Source: Patescibacteria group bacterium
Lineage (GTDB): Bacteria; Patescibacteriota; JAHJAL01
Reading direction: 5' to 3'
Assembly: GCA_049322675.1 (NCBI GenBank)
Contig: JBMORM010000009.1
Coordinates: 222,132 to 286,131 of the forward strand
Length of the DNA stretch: 64,000 nt
Shown here one piece after another: positions 30,801 to 41,600 of the stretch (within the stretch, counting starts at the first letter, position 1; every line of letters begins with the position of its first letter). Below the pieces are notes generated by a model, which saw nothing but the letters and a program-made list of their open reading frames with translations, was not told the origin of the DNA and did no database searches. Position numbers and translations under genes: made by a program.

Positions 30801-32696
30801 TCTTATGTTTTAAATTATACGATCGATTCCACTCCGCCAGCCGTTTTGTCTATCACATCGGTGACCGGCGACACGACCGCGCCATACAAAGATAATACCG
30901 ACAATGCCAACACAGGAGTGATTTATACTGCTTCGGCTGATGCAGTGGCCTGTCGCTGGAGTCAAACTGACCAGAATTACGAAAGCATGACCGATACTTG
31001 CTCTGACACCAGTAACTGTACTTTGAATCTCACTGGTGAAGGAGCTCATAGCGTCTTTATGCGCTGTATTGATGTTGCTGGTTTGAGTTCGACTACTTCT
31101 TACGCCCTGGATTACTCAATAGACGCAACTCCCCCAACGATAAATTCAATCACTTCGGTGGCAGGTGATACAGCGGCAACATATTACGACACTACTGATG
31201 ACAGCGCGACTCAAATATTGTTCGACGTGACAGCTGACACCAATGAATGCAAATGGAGTACGTCAGATCAAAGTTATGACAGTATGCCCAATACTTGCAG
31301 TACGCCGGGAAATTGCACGGCCAATCTGGCCGGACAAGGGGCCAAAACAGTTTATCTCCGCTGCAAAGATGACGTGGACAACAAGATGACGACTTCGACT
31401 CAAGTTGACTATGTTATTGACTCAATTGCGCCGGGCGTACTTTCAATCACTTCGGTCGCCAATGATTTTATCGCGCCATATTTGGATACGACTATTCCTT
31501 ATGGACAAGCGCCGGTAGTTTATGTTGCTTCCGCTGATGCCACCACTTGTCGCTGGAGCGTCAACAATGTGGAATATGACAGCATGACTAATACTTGTAC
31601 GAGTACATCAAATTGCACTATTACCCATAGTGGAGATGGCGGCAAAAGTATTTTCTTCAGATGCACTGATGAAGCCGGAAACAAATCGCCAAATTCATAT
31701 CAATTGGATTTTGAAGTGGATGAAAATATTGACGGTGGCGGAATACGAGCGGAAGAAACATCCTCGCAACCAAACGATCCAACCAACTTCTTTATTACCT
31801 TCACTCCAAAACTAGTCACTCCGGCGGCAGTAAATGGAAGTATTAGAATCAGGTTGGAGAGCGAATACGACTTGTCCGCTTTGACTCACGATGATGTCTT
31901 TGCGGCGGGTGGAGATGTGATTTGGACCGATGATGAATTGATTTATCCGGATAACAATATAATCGTTTTCCCATTTACCGGAGATTTGAGCAATGACGAT
32001 GGTCAACTTTCTTTGACAATAGCCAATTTGCAGACAATCAACCCCGGCAGCACAGGTTCGTTCTTTGTTTCCTATGATATTTTTGATAATCCGGCGGGAA
32101 CAGGAACATCTTTGGAATCGGGTGATGGTTTGGTACATCTAAATTATATTGTTATCGTTACCGCTTCGGTGCCTTCTTTCTTGGAAGCGACAATTAATCC
32201 AGTAGGAGTTGGCGAAAATATTAACGGGAATATTACCAATATTGCAACTAATAATGGGCAAGTGGTGGACTTTGGAACATTTGCAGGCGCCGACGACCGA
32301 ATCGCCGCCCACGATATCGCCATTTCTACCAATGCCAATAGCGGCTACCAAGTTTCAATTGAATACGATCATTCGCTCGCAGCGGGAACGAATTTTGTGC
32401 CTGACTTTGTCGGCACCAATGCCAATCCATTGAATTGGCAAACTCCGCCGGGAAGTGGGATTGAAGCATATTTTGGCTATACTACTGAGGATAATAGTTT
32501 ATGGGGCACACCAACCAACCGGTTTGCCGGAGGAAAATGGTCAGGATTTACTACCGAGCCGCAAGAAGTAATTTACGAAAACCATACGGTTGACAATCAA
32601 ACAACTAGAATCGGTTATCGGTTGCAGATTAGCGGTCAACAGGGGGTGGGTTTCTACAATAGCAATATTTCATATATCATAACTTCAACATATTGA
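21822..32696 (+). CDS. Giant secreted protein (3624 aa): YPxxIDP N-domain, 7 LamG (one phage-tail-type), internal DUF1566/CLec domain, 5 four-Cys Ig-like repeats, C-terminal WxL-like module
   Basis: Signal peptide MKFFHKK...ILVLLAVFVISFGKDISLA; IQYPIKIDPS; LamG motifs; GYSDWYLPAQSEL...YWSSTE...RCIR; ends GFYNSNISYIITSTY. Confidence 0.9.
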   Translation: MKFFHKKFTKQILVLLAVFVISFGKDISLAQSVENNIQIETSNPILDNSLYKIENLDFLVELGDKENNNDDLVSFKAFPKKEIADGLFGRLSNWATVRQKGISFELIKTTDQSMVESEIAALDQEFIQENDQSGVAAQVGGFFNGLIDQFWKNVDDLANIGRKTDDLIWEENDNTTTVVNPILDKDISLEYQALENGLKENIIINGSEGEVFDSYLYKLNLDPGVILHRVQSDSPFGLPQGTYYFTDENNNYIAHFLPMVALDANGLETKNIEMEITPVGTGRDLSLQNGSPLQYAIVITVDKNWLTDTAIQYPIKIDPSIVHDTKAEFDAGILNRLQSTSADRVELKHHELSHDESTVGLWHMNESSGQSIYDYGGVANNTGQLGSTTGSDTNDPTWNTTSQKLGASALSFDGVNDFVTIPDSSTWYFAKNNFTISAWFKTTGGDNEKIYYQGDSGGTPSTISSFIQISSGGIVQFVPDYATYPSQHTLSSNRTVNDGTWHNVTVVRNGIIFDMYIDGQKENSLTLDYSMIDSSYPLTIGAMYNGVYNPFNGSIDEVRISNRALSPEEIKADAQYSPYGVYTSSVMDLGTSEPTWQNFSWTESGVRTSQVENDIDTTNLVAQWNFNETNGTTAVSSGSCGTSCNGTLNNFANTSAQDATPMSGWTYENRLKYGADGDGSLMFDGVDDYIDAGNNLALQITGNITIEAWIYPTQLNDTNYYIIGAKQGPSGYYGYQLYIGNGTKPYALFGLSSNGTDWNASMQGSQVLQSGKWYYIVGSYDGSNIRTYINGVLDSTRPYTGSIYNTNTNFTIGKSLQGTNANFNGILESPKIYSRALSADEINSNYQAGNIEFQTRTGTDTTPEDGGWEEWKSTGTAAEMSVQNFNSTLNTIDPDPYTTLLLHGEGINGSQTFVDSAISPASSFEVVGNAQNSTAQKKFGSSSLYFDGFADELDVHSNANIVHFGSGDFTIDTWVRFSSWATGYRRNFFVDWQDGSNNIFLIQQEDNKLNFSFFGGGVYTNITSTTTWVPNSNQWYHVALTRNGSSWRYFIDGTQLGSTITNSLAIDNCNGYIALGNRNLNDSHLETYIDELRVSKGIARWTANFTPPKYAYNTGINQISNKIDTTVKTEGTGSERCLIGQTQPDVNTVGLWHMEETSGTGAYIKDSSGNGNHGTPTNTTPVDSVSGQGRNFSGSNGDNISIPGMTWTPTTFTVDWWLYPESCTNYNQQIRSVSGWGGFLFHTDSNCAVYVGTDVNYRFTPTELSTNTLSLNQWQHFAYVYDGSKGYFYKNGQLLAGPKVQNTSTAWNGFYIGDPSNTIDGTIDEVRISNVARTPEEIAEAYRMGANYHITRSLSSNIDLATTNNKLPIQIASDRPGTSLMLTLGESAYANNELDTNTLGYWSMEENFSGGTNAMRECTDADPIGTACGGGKKFATGLVAMPAGCANSLNEPSCTSPDTLVNNKTWDNPLQGIGENAYSTTDGLSNTNNLYNSNPPANPAGDYCHDLIKSGYSDWYLPAQSELQSLYNQRTTIGGFMATQYWSSTEYNEASHQYAYYVSFLNGSSSFAGKNAGYEYRCIRQYNGEQQKIKDSSPLNLSGQAVGTSPTQGKFGKGRYFNGTSDYIRTEDPNSILEGNTFTIEAWVNPSSLTGGTNSHRIAGKIGNDTSNCGYGYNINLDDTDYFKITTDPTGCGNTQSVMGKTKPVPGQWYYVVGTYNGTVSKIYVNGVLENSASVSTINDFPSYFLIGAQLQEQTTTYVDFFEGAIDEVRYSNIVRTPNEIRQAYEAGLRSHPITIDFGAQLDSGNLITGSGDLSFTVDATKKGLPTKGENLFVGDKVIIKENYNGTEYLAQGTVTSVNKSTGAVTVAAWDSGSTFSSSGQTGFSANADVFKWQKEIASIYGSLAGHRDELNKISLRILDGNQGQNIWLDDMKVSTPLMTNPTTNTIQSTPNRYFQYRFFAHTTDTDPTPGVDDVELDYSTIEMTGASTSESYINTNNNTAFNIQCNGVTDSGTGDNVTCEASFNQTNWYSVGSATTPLSNQTVQGTPDISSWTGYPSGDGSVTIYARAHNTTNDTYSDIYNFSVNKDVSRPTVTSITSVAGDTTSLYSDGTDDSSTLVVYATSADATSCRWSATDQTYTAMTNTCTSTTNCTLNLGGKGQKDVYIGCIDAATNYSQPNYHLTYYIDVDPDIVALDAGPSSSDRTSLTSDQWFNYSQTGSDDQISFSWTDPNSPSDDYFYYLENDSSVNAISNTNLVGWWNFEDDTITSALDHSGQANHATLYGTSTTSGNLGLSRSFNGTSDYVHDNALAASIPGNLTVTGWIKASTIPSYQERIIDLAQAGDAGLQVCIDTSGNILLENSGGPSGVVYGGNATDNNWHHFAVTRSGTTYEFFVDGVSKGTTSGSAPTYTQMYFGRRQTGGDFYNGQIDDTKIFTRVLSSTEIGNEYRIRLTQNNYLDSQTVTEGTFFKHVRPINGVDSWGNELQFITKYDKTNPTLSASGNSEQWYSSNPTITLTTVDNHSGLNYSKYSWDSDDTTCRSSGTNFSNSDNINIPTNGTHVLYLCNQDIVNNQNSWNGIYKLDNTTPDLISIDAGQSSADRTSLTSHTWFGYADTGSDDQVSFSWTDPASPSDDYFYYLENDFSIVAFNESNLAAWWSFENDNTTTAWDHSSNNNDGTFDGSASSTGQLGSSRYFDGSDDKIQITDHNTLKPATNLTVSAWFRTQDKSIASQQIISKTRHSGYSLSLSNTQLCFAVSDGYNSYKYACISNAAINNDTWYHVAGTYDGSNVKLYLDGQFQTQTVMTTNIYYMDSVLCIGAEAGTLGNICENYYFKGDIDEAKIYTRTLTDTEINNEYSRRLTTSPYLDNQLVTEGTYYKHIRPFSGADTWGSEQQFIEKYDKTAPTIDSITSIAGDTTLPYFDTTDDSNTLVVYTSSDNLNIVDQCKWSTSDEIYSVMPNVCSNSTNCNLNLAGDGAKTVYIRCRDNIGNEASSSYVLNYTIDSTPPAVLSITSVTGDTTAPYKDNTDNANTGVIYTASADAVACRWSQTDQNYESMTDTCSDTSNCTLNLTGEGAHSVFMRCIDVAGLSSTTSYALDYSIDATPPTINSITSVAGDTAATYYDTTDDSATQILFDVTADTNECKWSTSDQSYDSMPNTCSTPGNCTANLAGQGAKTVYLRCKDDVDNKMTTSTQVDYVIDSIAPGVLSITSVANDFIAPYLDTTIPYGQAPVVYVASADATTCRWSVNNVEYDSMTNTCTSTSNCTITHSGDGGKSIFFRCTDEAGNKSPNSYQLDFEVDENIDGGGIRAEETSSQPNDPTNFFITFTPKLVTPAAVNGSIRIRLESEYDLSALTHDDVFAAGGDVIWTDDELIYPDNNIIVFPFTGDLSNDDGQLSLTIANLQTINPGSTGSFFVSYDIFDNPAGTGTSLESGDGLVHLNYIVIVTASVPSFLEATINPVGVGENINGNITNIATNNGQVVDFGTFAGADDRIAAHDIAISTNANSGYQVSIEYDHSLAAGTNFVPDFVGTNANPLNWQTPPGSGIEAYFGYTTEDNSLWGTPTNRFAGGKWSGFTTEPQEVIYENHTVDNQTTRIGYRLQISGQQGVGFYNSNISYIITSTY
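22656..22701. repeat. GTAG-family REP-like palindrome inside a coding sequence
   Basis: Perfect 28-bp palindrome GTAGGGACAGGTCGCGACCTGTCCCTAC (22656-22683), followed by a second REP-like half GGTTCGCCCCTAC (22689-22701); read in frame as VGTGRDLSLQNGSPLQ. Confidence 0.85.
26045..26575 (+). other. DUF1566 (Lcl C-terminal / C-type lectin fold) domain inserted in a LamG domain
   Basis: Motifs STTDGLSNT...PAGDYC...GYSDWYLPAQSEL...YWSSTE...AYYVSF.NG...K...RCIR, located between the LamG YWSMEE and IKDSS segments. Confidence 0.8.
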
Positions 32697-32698
32697 TA

Positions 32699-35600
32699 AT
32701 GATGAAAAAAATAAAAACAAAAAATGAAAGATGGTTTGATCGAATACTGACAAGTACAGCCTTGATCTTTTGTTATGGATTAAGCCTGATTTCAACCGTT
32801 ACTGCCAACGAAGATAGTGATTGGATGGCGACTAGTTGGGGCAGCAATTTCAACTACCAGTATCAAGATGAAAATTTTGTTGCCAGCGTGGGCGACAAAT
32901 TGACGGATACGCCGGACACAATAACTTTGCAGGTCAAAAATCCGGAACCGGGCGAGTCTTGGTGGGAAAAGTGGCAAACCGAGGATTACAAAACGATGAC
33001 TTTGACTTTGCTCGACGGTGAGCAGATAACCAATGACCCGACTGACCAATCGATGAGCGACGCGGAAGACAAGGCGCAAGAATTGGAAGAACAGCGCAGT
33101 TCCCTCTTGAACAAAGTGGGTAGCTGGATCGATCTTGATCCGAGCAGCGAATTGTATAAAACTGATGACGATCAACTGATGAATCAGAATGTAATTGATG
33201 ATGTGGACAGTGAATATACTATTTGGCCGGATTATGGAATCAAAGAAAATTTGATTGTCAAAGGAACCAATGGCCAGGCGACAAATACTTTTTATTATCA
33301 ATTGAAACTGGATGAGGGAATAGAATATTTTTCCACCGATGATGGTAATCCATTTAATTTACCGGAAAATACTTATTACTTTGTGGATCAAAAGGGAAAT
33401 TACCTGGCGCACTTTTTGCCAATTTTGGTTTATGACTCCAATCACAATCTAACCAACCAAGTTAATCTGGAAATAAATCCGACTTCCGATGAACAAATTT
33501 TGATGGTAAAAGTGCAAGTAGATTACGCCTGGATGATCGACAGTGACCGCCAATATCCAATTATTATCGATCCGACGATTGTTCATAATACCAATACTGA
33601 TTTTGGCAATGGTCGGGCAATTGATCGGATGAGTTTGAACGACAATATACTGTCAAACGCCGAAATGCCTACTGCCACCGACTCTAGCGTAGTTGGCCTC
33701 TGGCACATGGACGAGGAAAGTGGAACTAGTGTCAATGATTATTCCGGTAACAATATTACCGGCACTTCCGTCAATACCACTGTCGAAGATGGCAAATTTG
33801 GCAAGGCAAAATATTTTAATAATATAAATACTTACGTACAAATTCCGGCTTCTTCTGCGTTTAACTTTGGCACCAATGATTGGACTTTCGAGACCTGGAT
33901 TAAACCTTCCTCATTTGAGGCTTGCGATACGATTTATTCACAAAATAACCCATACACGATATTACGATTTGATTGCGAAAGAGGGGGATCTTATTGGGAA
34001 ATTTATAACAATGGTGTCCAGTACGATTTGCCGGCTCATGGGATGGTTGCCGGAAATTGGTATCATGTGGCCGTAGTAAGAAGTAATAATTTTGTCTATC
34101 TGTATCAAAACGGGAATTTACTTTCGTTTGTTTCCGTCGGTAGCAATTCGACCAATTTGAGCGGAGCGATTTGGCGAATCGGTAATTCTACTTGGAATGG
34201 AGAATATTTTCATGGCGACATTGATGAGTTTGTGGTTCGTAATCGGTCTCTGACGCCTGAACAGGTCAAGTTAGAAGCCCAGAAAAAATCCTATGGCTTG
34301 TACGATTCTTCCGTCCTTGATTTGGGATCTGACTTTTCCAAATATGACAAAATTTCTTGGGAAGAACAGGGGGTGCAGACGGGAAATGGCGAAACGCCCT
34401 ACTCTACCGAAGGTTTAGTCACACAGTGGAATTTCAACGAAACTAGCGGCACAACCGCTTACAATAATGCCGGAAGTTGCGAGGGAACTTGCAATGCTAC
34501 TTTGAGCAATATGACGACAACCAGTCAAGATGCCGCACCCAATTCCGGCTGGACGGCGAACAATAAAAGATGGGGTGGCGGAGGATTGATGTTTGATGGC
34601 AGTAATGATTTTATTTCTATCAGTCACAATTCCAATTTTAATTTAACCAGTAGCTGGACGGTGGAAACTTGGATAAAACGGACGGGGCCAACTACCACCA
34701 ATAGTGATGGCAGCATCTGGAAATTTATTGTCAGAAAAGGTACATACAATACATTTGGATTGTTGTATGATCCGACCTCGGGAAAAGTATATTCAAATAT
34801 ATACAACGGTTCAGCCTGGAAAAACTCGACTTCGCAATCCGTATTGGATATCGGCCAATGGCACCATATAGTGGGCGTATATGAGGGTAACGATTCGGGT
34901 ACATTGAAAATATTTTTTGACGGAGTGTTGGAAAATACAACGACCGGAGTGGGAACACCATCGACCAATACTGATCCTTTGTCGATCATCGGCACATCAA
35001 ATATTTCATCAGTATCAACATATTGGCCGGCGATACTTGATTCGACCAGAATTTATTCCCGCGCGCTTGCCGGTGACGAAATTTTGTCCAATTACCAAGC
35101 CGGTAATATTGAACTGCAAACCAGAAGCGGGGAAACGGCCGATCCAGATGATGGCAGTTGGGAAAATTGGAAACCGGCGGGGAGTGGGACAGAAACGACT
35201 TTGGATAATAGTGATAATTTATATCAATATAATACAACTGATTCCGGTTTAGTTAGTTATTGGCCAATGGATGAATTGACTGACTCAAGTGTTGAAGATG
35301 TCAAAGGAACAAACAATGGGACAGCGACAGGGACAAAAATTATCGATGGAAAATTTGGTAAGGCAAGAAGTTTCAATGGGACAACTAGTGATTATATTTC
35401 CATACCTCATAGTGCGGATTTAGATTTTGAAAGAACCAGTACGTTTTCTATTTCGTCTTGGTTTAAATCCAATACAACTGGTTATGAAAGCATTGTTTCT
35501 AAAACTGACAGTGCATACAAGGGGTGGACATTGTTTAAATTGGCAAATAGTGACCCAAATCGACCAAACTCGGTTTGTTTGATTTTGACCAATGTAAATG

Positions 35601-38600
35601 CCACAAGCGACATGTTTGCTTGTACTCCGGCAAATTCAATATCAGCCGGCAACACATATCATATTGCCATGACATATGCAGGTAATTCCGATGCTTCCGG
35701 AGTAAAAATATACTTCAATGGCATTAGCCAAACAGTTACTTCATTCAGAAACAATCTAACAGGAAGTATTCAAAATAGTAGTCCAACTTTGATTGGCAAA
35801 CATGCTTATGCCGGAGGTAATTATTATCTCAATGGTTGGATGGATGAATTGAGAATATATAATATTGTTTTATCTTCTTCTCAAGTAACAAATCAATACA
35901 ACGAAGGAATAAATGCTTTAGGGCAAACTGCTGTTCAAAATAAATCCAGCCAAAATATCAAAGCTGAAGGCACAGCTTCGCAAAAAATATCTACCGGTGT
36001 GCCACTCGTCGATGCCAACACCGTCGCCCTCTGGCATTTGGATGAAACCGGCGGCACTGGTGCATATATCAAAGATAGTTCAGGAAATGGTAATAATGGA
36101 ACACCAACCGGTACTACCAGTGTAGTTGATGGTATCAGTGGCAAGGCGAGAAATTTTAATGGAACAGTAAATGATTATATTTCCATTCCATCATCTACTT
36201 CATTAAATATTAGTAGTAACATCACAATTGAAGCATGGTTATTCCGAAATGCTGCCGGTATTCAAAGAATTGTTACGAAAACTGTTGGGAATGGTGCAGC
36301 TAATAATCCTTATGATTTTGGTATTTATACAGATGACAAATTATATTTTGTTAGGGCGAGTAGTACTACACCCCAATCTTTTTTCTCTACCAACACAGTT
36401 CCAGTTAATAGTTGGTCTCATGTTGCAGTAACGGTAAATAACAATGCGTTATCTTTCTATGTTAATGGCATCGCTTCCGGTACTGGAACATTTACAATAA
36501 CACCAACAACGAACTCTAACCCAGTCTTAATTGGAACAAGAAATGATGGAGGAATTTTTAATGGGAAAATAGATGAGGTACGTGTTTCAAATATCGCCCG
36601 ATCTGCCGACGAAATCGCCGAAGCTTATCGCATGGGTCGCGAACATCGGATTACTCATTTATTGGATACTAATATTGATTTGTCTAATAATTCCAAACTG
36701 CCTTTTTATATCGCTGCTGATAAACCAGGAAATTATCTGCAAACCACGATCGGAGAATCCGCTTTTGCGAACAATGAACCAGATACAAATACAGTTGGCT
36801 TGTGGCATTTGGAAGAAGCGACCGGCAGTGGAGCGTATATTAAAGATAGCAGTAGTTATAGCAACAATGGGACGCCGGCGGCCAAAACTATTTTTGATGG
36901 CAAAATTGGCAAGGCGGTTTATGGTGCCAATATCAGTATGAGCAATGAAGCAAATTTCCGTTTCGAACGCACGCAACCATTTAGTATCAGCGGATGGATC
37001 AAGATTGCTACTCTCAGTTCCGGACGAGGATATCAAAATATTTTTGCAAAAATGCTGGGCACCAGCCCATATACCGGCTATCATTTATTGGTAGCTGATG
37101 GCGCTGATTCTGCTGTCACCGGCGCCGGTATTTTGCGATTTGGTTTGATAAATACTTGGACTACCAATACCTTGCTCATTCAGACCAACAATCGAGTAGA
37201 TGATAGTCAATGGCACTATGTCGTCGCAACCTATGATGGCACCAGCAGCGCTTCGGGAGCGAAAATATATATCGATGGTGCGCTAGTGCCCACGACCACC
37301 AAATACAATTCTTTAACAGCATCAATTGTTAACTCTTCTGCCAGTCCATATATATCAACCAGCAGTTACGGTGGGGTTGATGAAGTCCGAATTGATAAGG
37401 TTGTTCGAACAGCTGATGAAATCCGCCAAGCCTACGAAATCGGCAAACGCACCCACTCCGTCACCATCGACTTTGCCGCCGGTTTGGATAGTGGTAATTT
37501 AATTTCAAACAATAGCGATCAATCATTTACGATCGACGCCACCAATAAAGGTCTGAGTCAAAAAGGATCAAATCTTTTTGTGGGCGAAAAAGTAATTGTG
37601 CGAGAAAATTATGATGGTACGGAATATATCGCCCAAGGTTTGGTTAATTCGGTGGACGTTTCTACGGGAGCTATTGATGTGACAAGTTGGGATAGTAATT
37701 CAACTTTCCCTAGTATTGGCTTTTCTGTAAATGCCGATGTTTTTAAATGGCAAAGAGAATACTGGGATTTGACCGGTATTATGGACAATCAAATTGATAG
37801 TGCCAATCGTCTAACTATTCGTTTGGCCGATGGCGCTGAGGGACGTAATGTTTGGTTTGATGATTTTAAAACCGTCGGCAGTTATTTGTCTGATCCGACC
37901 GGCAGTTTGCTCAATTCTACCTCCAACCGTTACCTGCAATATCGAGTTATGTCTTCGACTACCGATACCAAAGTCGCTCCCAGCCTCTCTTCTGTTACTA
38001 TTAAACGACCACCAACGATTGACGAGGACAACGAGTCTATCTTGGCGATCAATGAGGGATTAAATCGTTGTAAAATAACGAGTGATCCGCTGATTAAACT
38101 AAAAAATATGGAACCGGCCAATGATCCATATTTGGTTGGGCATTGGAAAATGAATGAAACCAACGGATCGACGGTAGCTGATAGTAGTGGCAATGGCAAT
38201 AATGGCACAGCGACAGGAACCAGTATCGCTGACGGTGTTATGGATAAAGCGAGAGTGTTCAATGGCAGTAGTGATTTTGTGAGTATCGCAAATCAAGTTC
38301 TGAAACAAACACCAAATCTTTCTTTTGAGGCTTGGTTTAAACAAAATTCCACTTCAACTTATCAAAATATAATCTGGGCCACGCCGGCAGGTCCCGGGAG
38401 TGGAATCGCTTTGAATGTTGATCGTAGGGTAATTTTTCAATTGGATTTGGTGACCGGAGATTATCGTGCTTATCAGACCAACACCAATGCATATGAATTG
38501 AATACATGGAATCATGTGGTTGGTACATATAGCAACGGAATTTTTAAAATATTTTTAAATGGAAATGAACAAATAATATCACTTGCGGGAGGTACTGGAT

Positions 38601-41600
38601 CAGGCGATTTTGTCGGTGAGACCAATTATTTCATTGGGCATGAAACAAGCGGTAATTACTTTAAAGGAATGATTGACGAAGTGTCAGTATTTAACAAAAA
38701 TTTGACTCCAGAGGAGATCAAAGCACATGCCCAAAAACGTCCTTACGGAACCTACACTTCCAAAGTATTGGATTTGATAAATAATCCTCAATTAAATAGT
38801 TTAACCTGGGGTGAACTGGGAGTTCAAACCGGTAGTGGTGAAACACCTAAAGATGCCACCGGACTCGTTGCACAGTGGAATTTCAATGAGACCAGTGGAA
38901 CGACCGCCACCAACAATGCCGGTTCTTGTGGAGCGGCTTGCAATGGTACTTTAACAAATATGACAACAAGTGGACAAGATGCATCAGTTAACTCTGGTTG
39001 GACTGCTAATAACAAGAAATGGGGAGCAGGGGCGGCGATGTTCGATGGAAGTGATGATTATATAAATATTGGATCAACAAGTAATCTTGCCGTAACTAAT
39101 TTTTCCTTGGAAACTTGGGTCAAAACAAACACAACCGCACTTAGTGTTATTCTTGGAAAAAAATCAAATAGCACGGGTGGATGGTATGCATATAGATTAG
39201 CGACATATAGTGGAAAAATAAATGTCAGAGTACAACAGTCAGCTACGCCAAGTTTTTTGGATTTGGATTCCAATTTTAGTCAAATAAATAACAACGAATG
39301 GCATCATGTAGTAGTAACTTTTGATAGTGACAATAAAGTCAGAATTTATATTGACGGAAAACTGGATATTACCAGTAGTACCGGAAATGCCATTTATTAT
39401 GCCAATCAAGTTAGTGATTTTATGATTGGAACAGATGTAGATGGTACAAAAAGACTAAATGGTACTATTGACTCAACCAAAATCTATTCCCGCGCCCTTT
39501 CCGCCGACGAAATCCTTTCCAACTATCAGGCCGGCAATATCGAATTGCAAACTCGCAGCGGCGCCACGGCCGACCCCAATGATGGTTCATGGCAAGAATG
39601 GCGACCGGCCGGAAGTGGGACGGAAACAACTTTGGTAAATAACGAGAATGATAGCAGTAATTGGTCCTGGAATTCAGTCGCTGCCTATATGCCCAAATCC
39701 AAGTCTGACGATTCTGTGGTTAGACTAAATGGTAACACCTCAACCAAATTACAAACCGGCATTTTACAATCCGATGCCAACACTATTGCTCTCTGGCATC
39801 TAGACGAAACCGGCGGAGCTGGAGCGTACATCAAAGATAGTAGCGGTAATGGTAATGATGGCACACCAAGTGGAACAACTGTAATTGACGGAATAATTGG
39901 CAAAGCGAGAAGTTTCAATGGGACAAGTGATTATATTCAAAAAACTTCTGTTCCTGCACAATCTATATATTCCTTTGATATGTGGTTTAAACCACAAAAT
40001 ACAATTACCAGTAGTTCGGCCTGTATGACTTTGATGCAAATGCGTACGGGGGCAACTGGAGATTATTTTGCTTTGCAAACCGGGTCTTGTACTTCTTCTT
40101 TAACCAATGAAACTATTACAATTTTTCACGATACTCCTGGCAGAACCGGTGTTTTGAATGTGAATATTTCGAATAGTTGGCATCACATAACCGTAAATTG
40201 GGATAGTAGTATAAATGAATACAGAATATATTTGGATGGAGTTGTTCAAACAACCAATTCAGGCACTGATGGGAAAGCAGCATTTTTCAATGATCCTGAA
40301 AGAATACAAATCGGGGCATATATGTATTCCGGAACCTACTCCTCGTATTTTGCTGGACTAATCGACGAAGTACGTATTTCAAGTGCTGCCCGTACTCCCG
40401 AAGAGATCGCCGAAGCCTATCGAGCCGGCGCCAATCATCACCTCACTCGAGATTTAACTTCCGCTCAAAATCTTTCGAATAATAACAAAATATCTTTCAA
40501 TGTAGCCGCCGACCAACCAGGCACTTATCTACAAACCATGATCGGTGAATCCGCTTTTGCCAACTACGAACCCGACGCCAATACCGTGGGTTTATGGCAT
40601 TTGGAAGAAGCGACCGGATCTGGAGCGTATATAAAAGATAGTTCTAATTCAGGAAATAATGGGACGCCAACCGGAACTACATTTATTGATGGAAAAATTG
40701 GGAAAGGTAGAAGTTTCAATGGCAGTAGTGACTATATTTCAATAAGCAACAATTCCAATTTAAATCTATTAAGTGAAGATTTTGTAATTGATGTCTGGGT
40801 AAAACCTAGTACCGTTACCGGCACTCAGGAAATTATCAGTAAAAGAAATGGCGCCGTGGCCGAAGGATTTGTAATCCGACGAGAATCCGGAGTTTATAAT
40901 TTTTGGGCTACTTCCAATGGTTCGAGTTGGGATATTTCATATGGCAAGTCACTTGGAGCTGCTTCAGCTAATACTTGGTCTTATCTTGTTGTAACCCGAC
41001 AAGGTAACAACTTTTATTTCTATAACAATGGAATACAAACCGATAGCCTAACCTCGAGTGCAGCAATTCAAACAAATACCAGAAATATAAATATAGGAAG
41101 GGATGGTTCAGGACAATATTTTTCCGGTGTTATTGATGAAGTAAGATTAAAAAAAGGTGCAGGTGTTACCGGTGGACAAATTCGTCAAGCCTACGAAGTG
41201 GGCAAGCGCTCGCACAATGTCACGATTGATTTTGCCGCTTCATTGGATAGTGACAACTTGATTATCGATAGCAATGATAAATCATTTACGATCGATGCTA
41301 CTACCAAAGGTTTAAGTTACCCGGCGGAGAATTTGTTCTCCGGTGATAAGATTATTGTCCGCGAAAATTATAATGGTACCGAATATATCGCCCAAGGTAC
41401 CGTCAATGGTGTTGACCAAGATAGCGGCGCTGTCACGGTTAGCTCGTGGGATAGTGGCAGCACATTCCCGAGTGGCGGTTTTACCGTCAATGCTGATGTT
41501 TTCAAATGGCAGACAGAATACATGGATATTAGTCAAATTGCCAATGAAGACAAAGATGCCATGAGCCAAATCTCTTTGCGTTTGACCAATGGTAGTGGCG

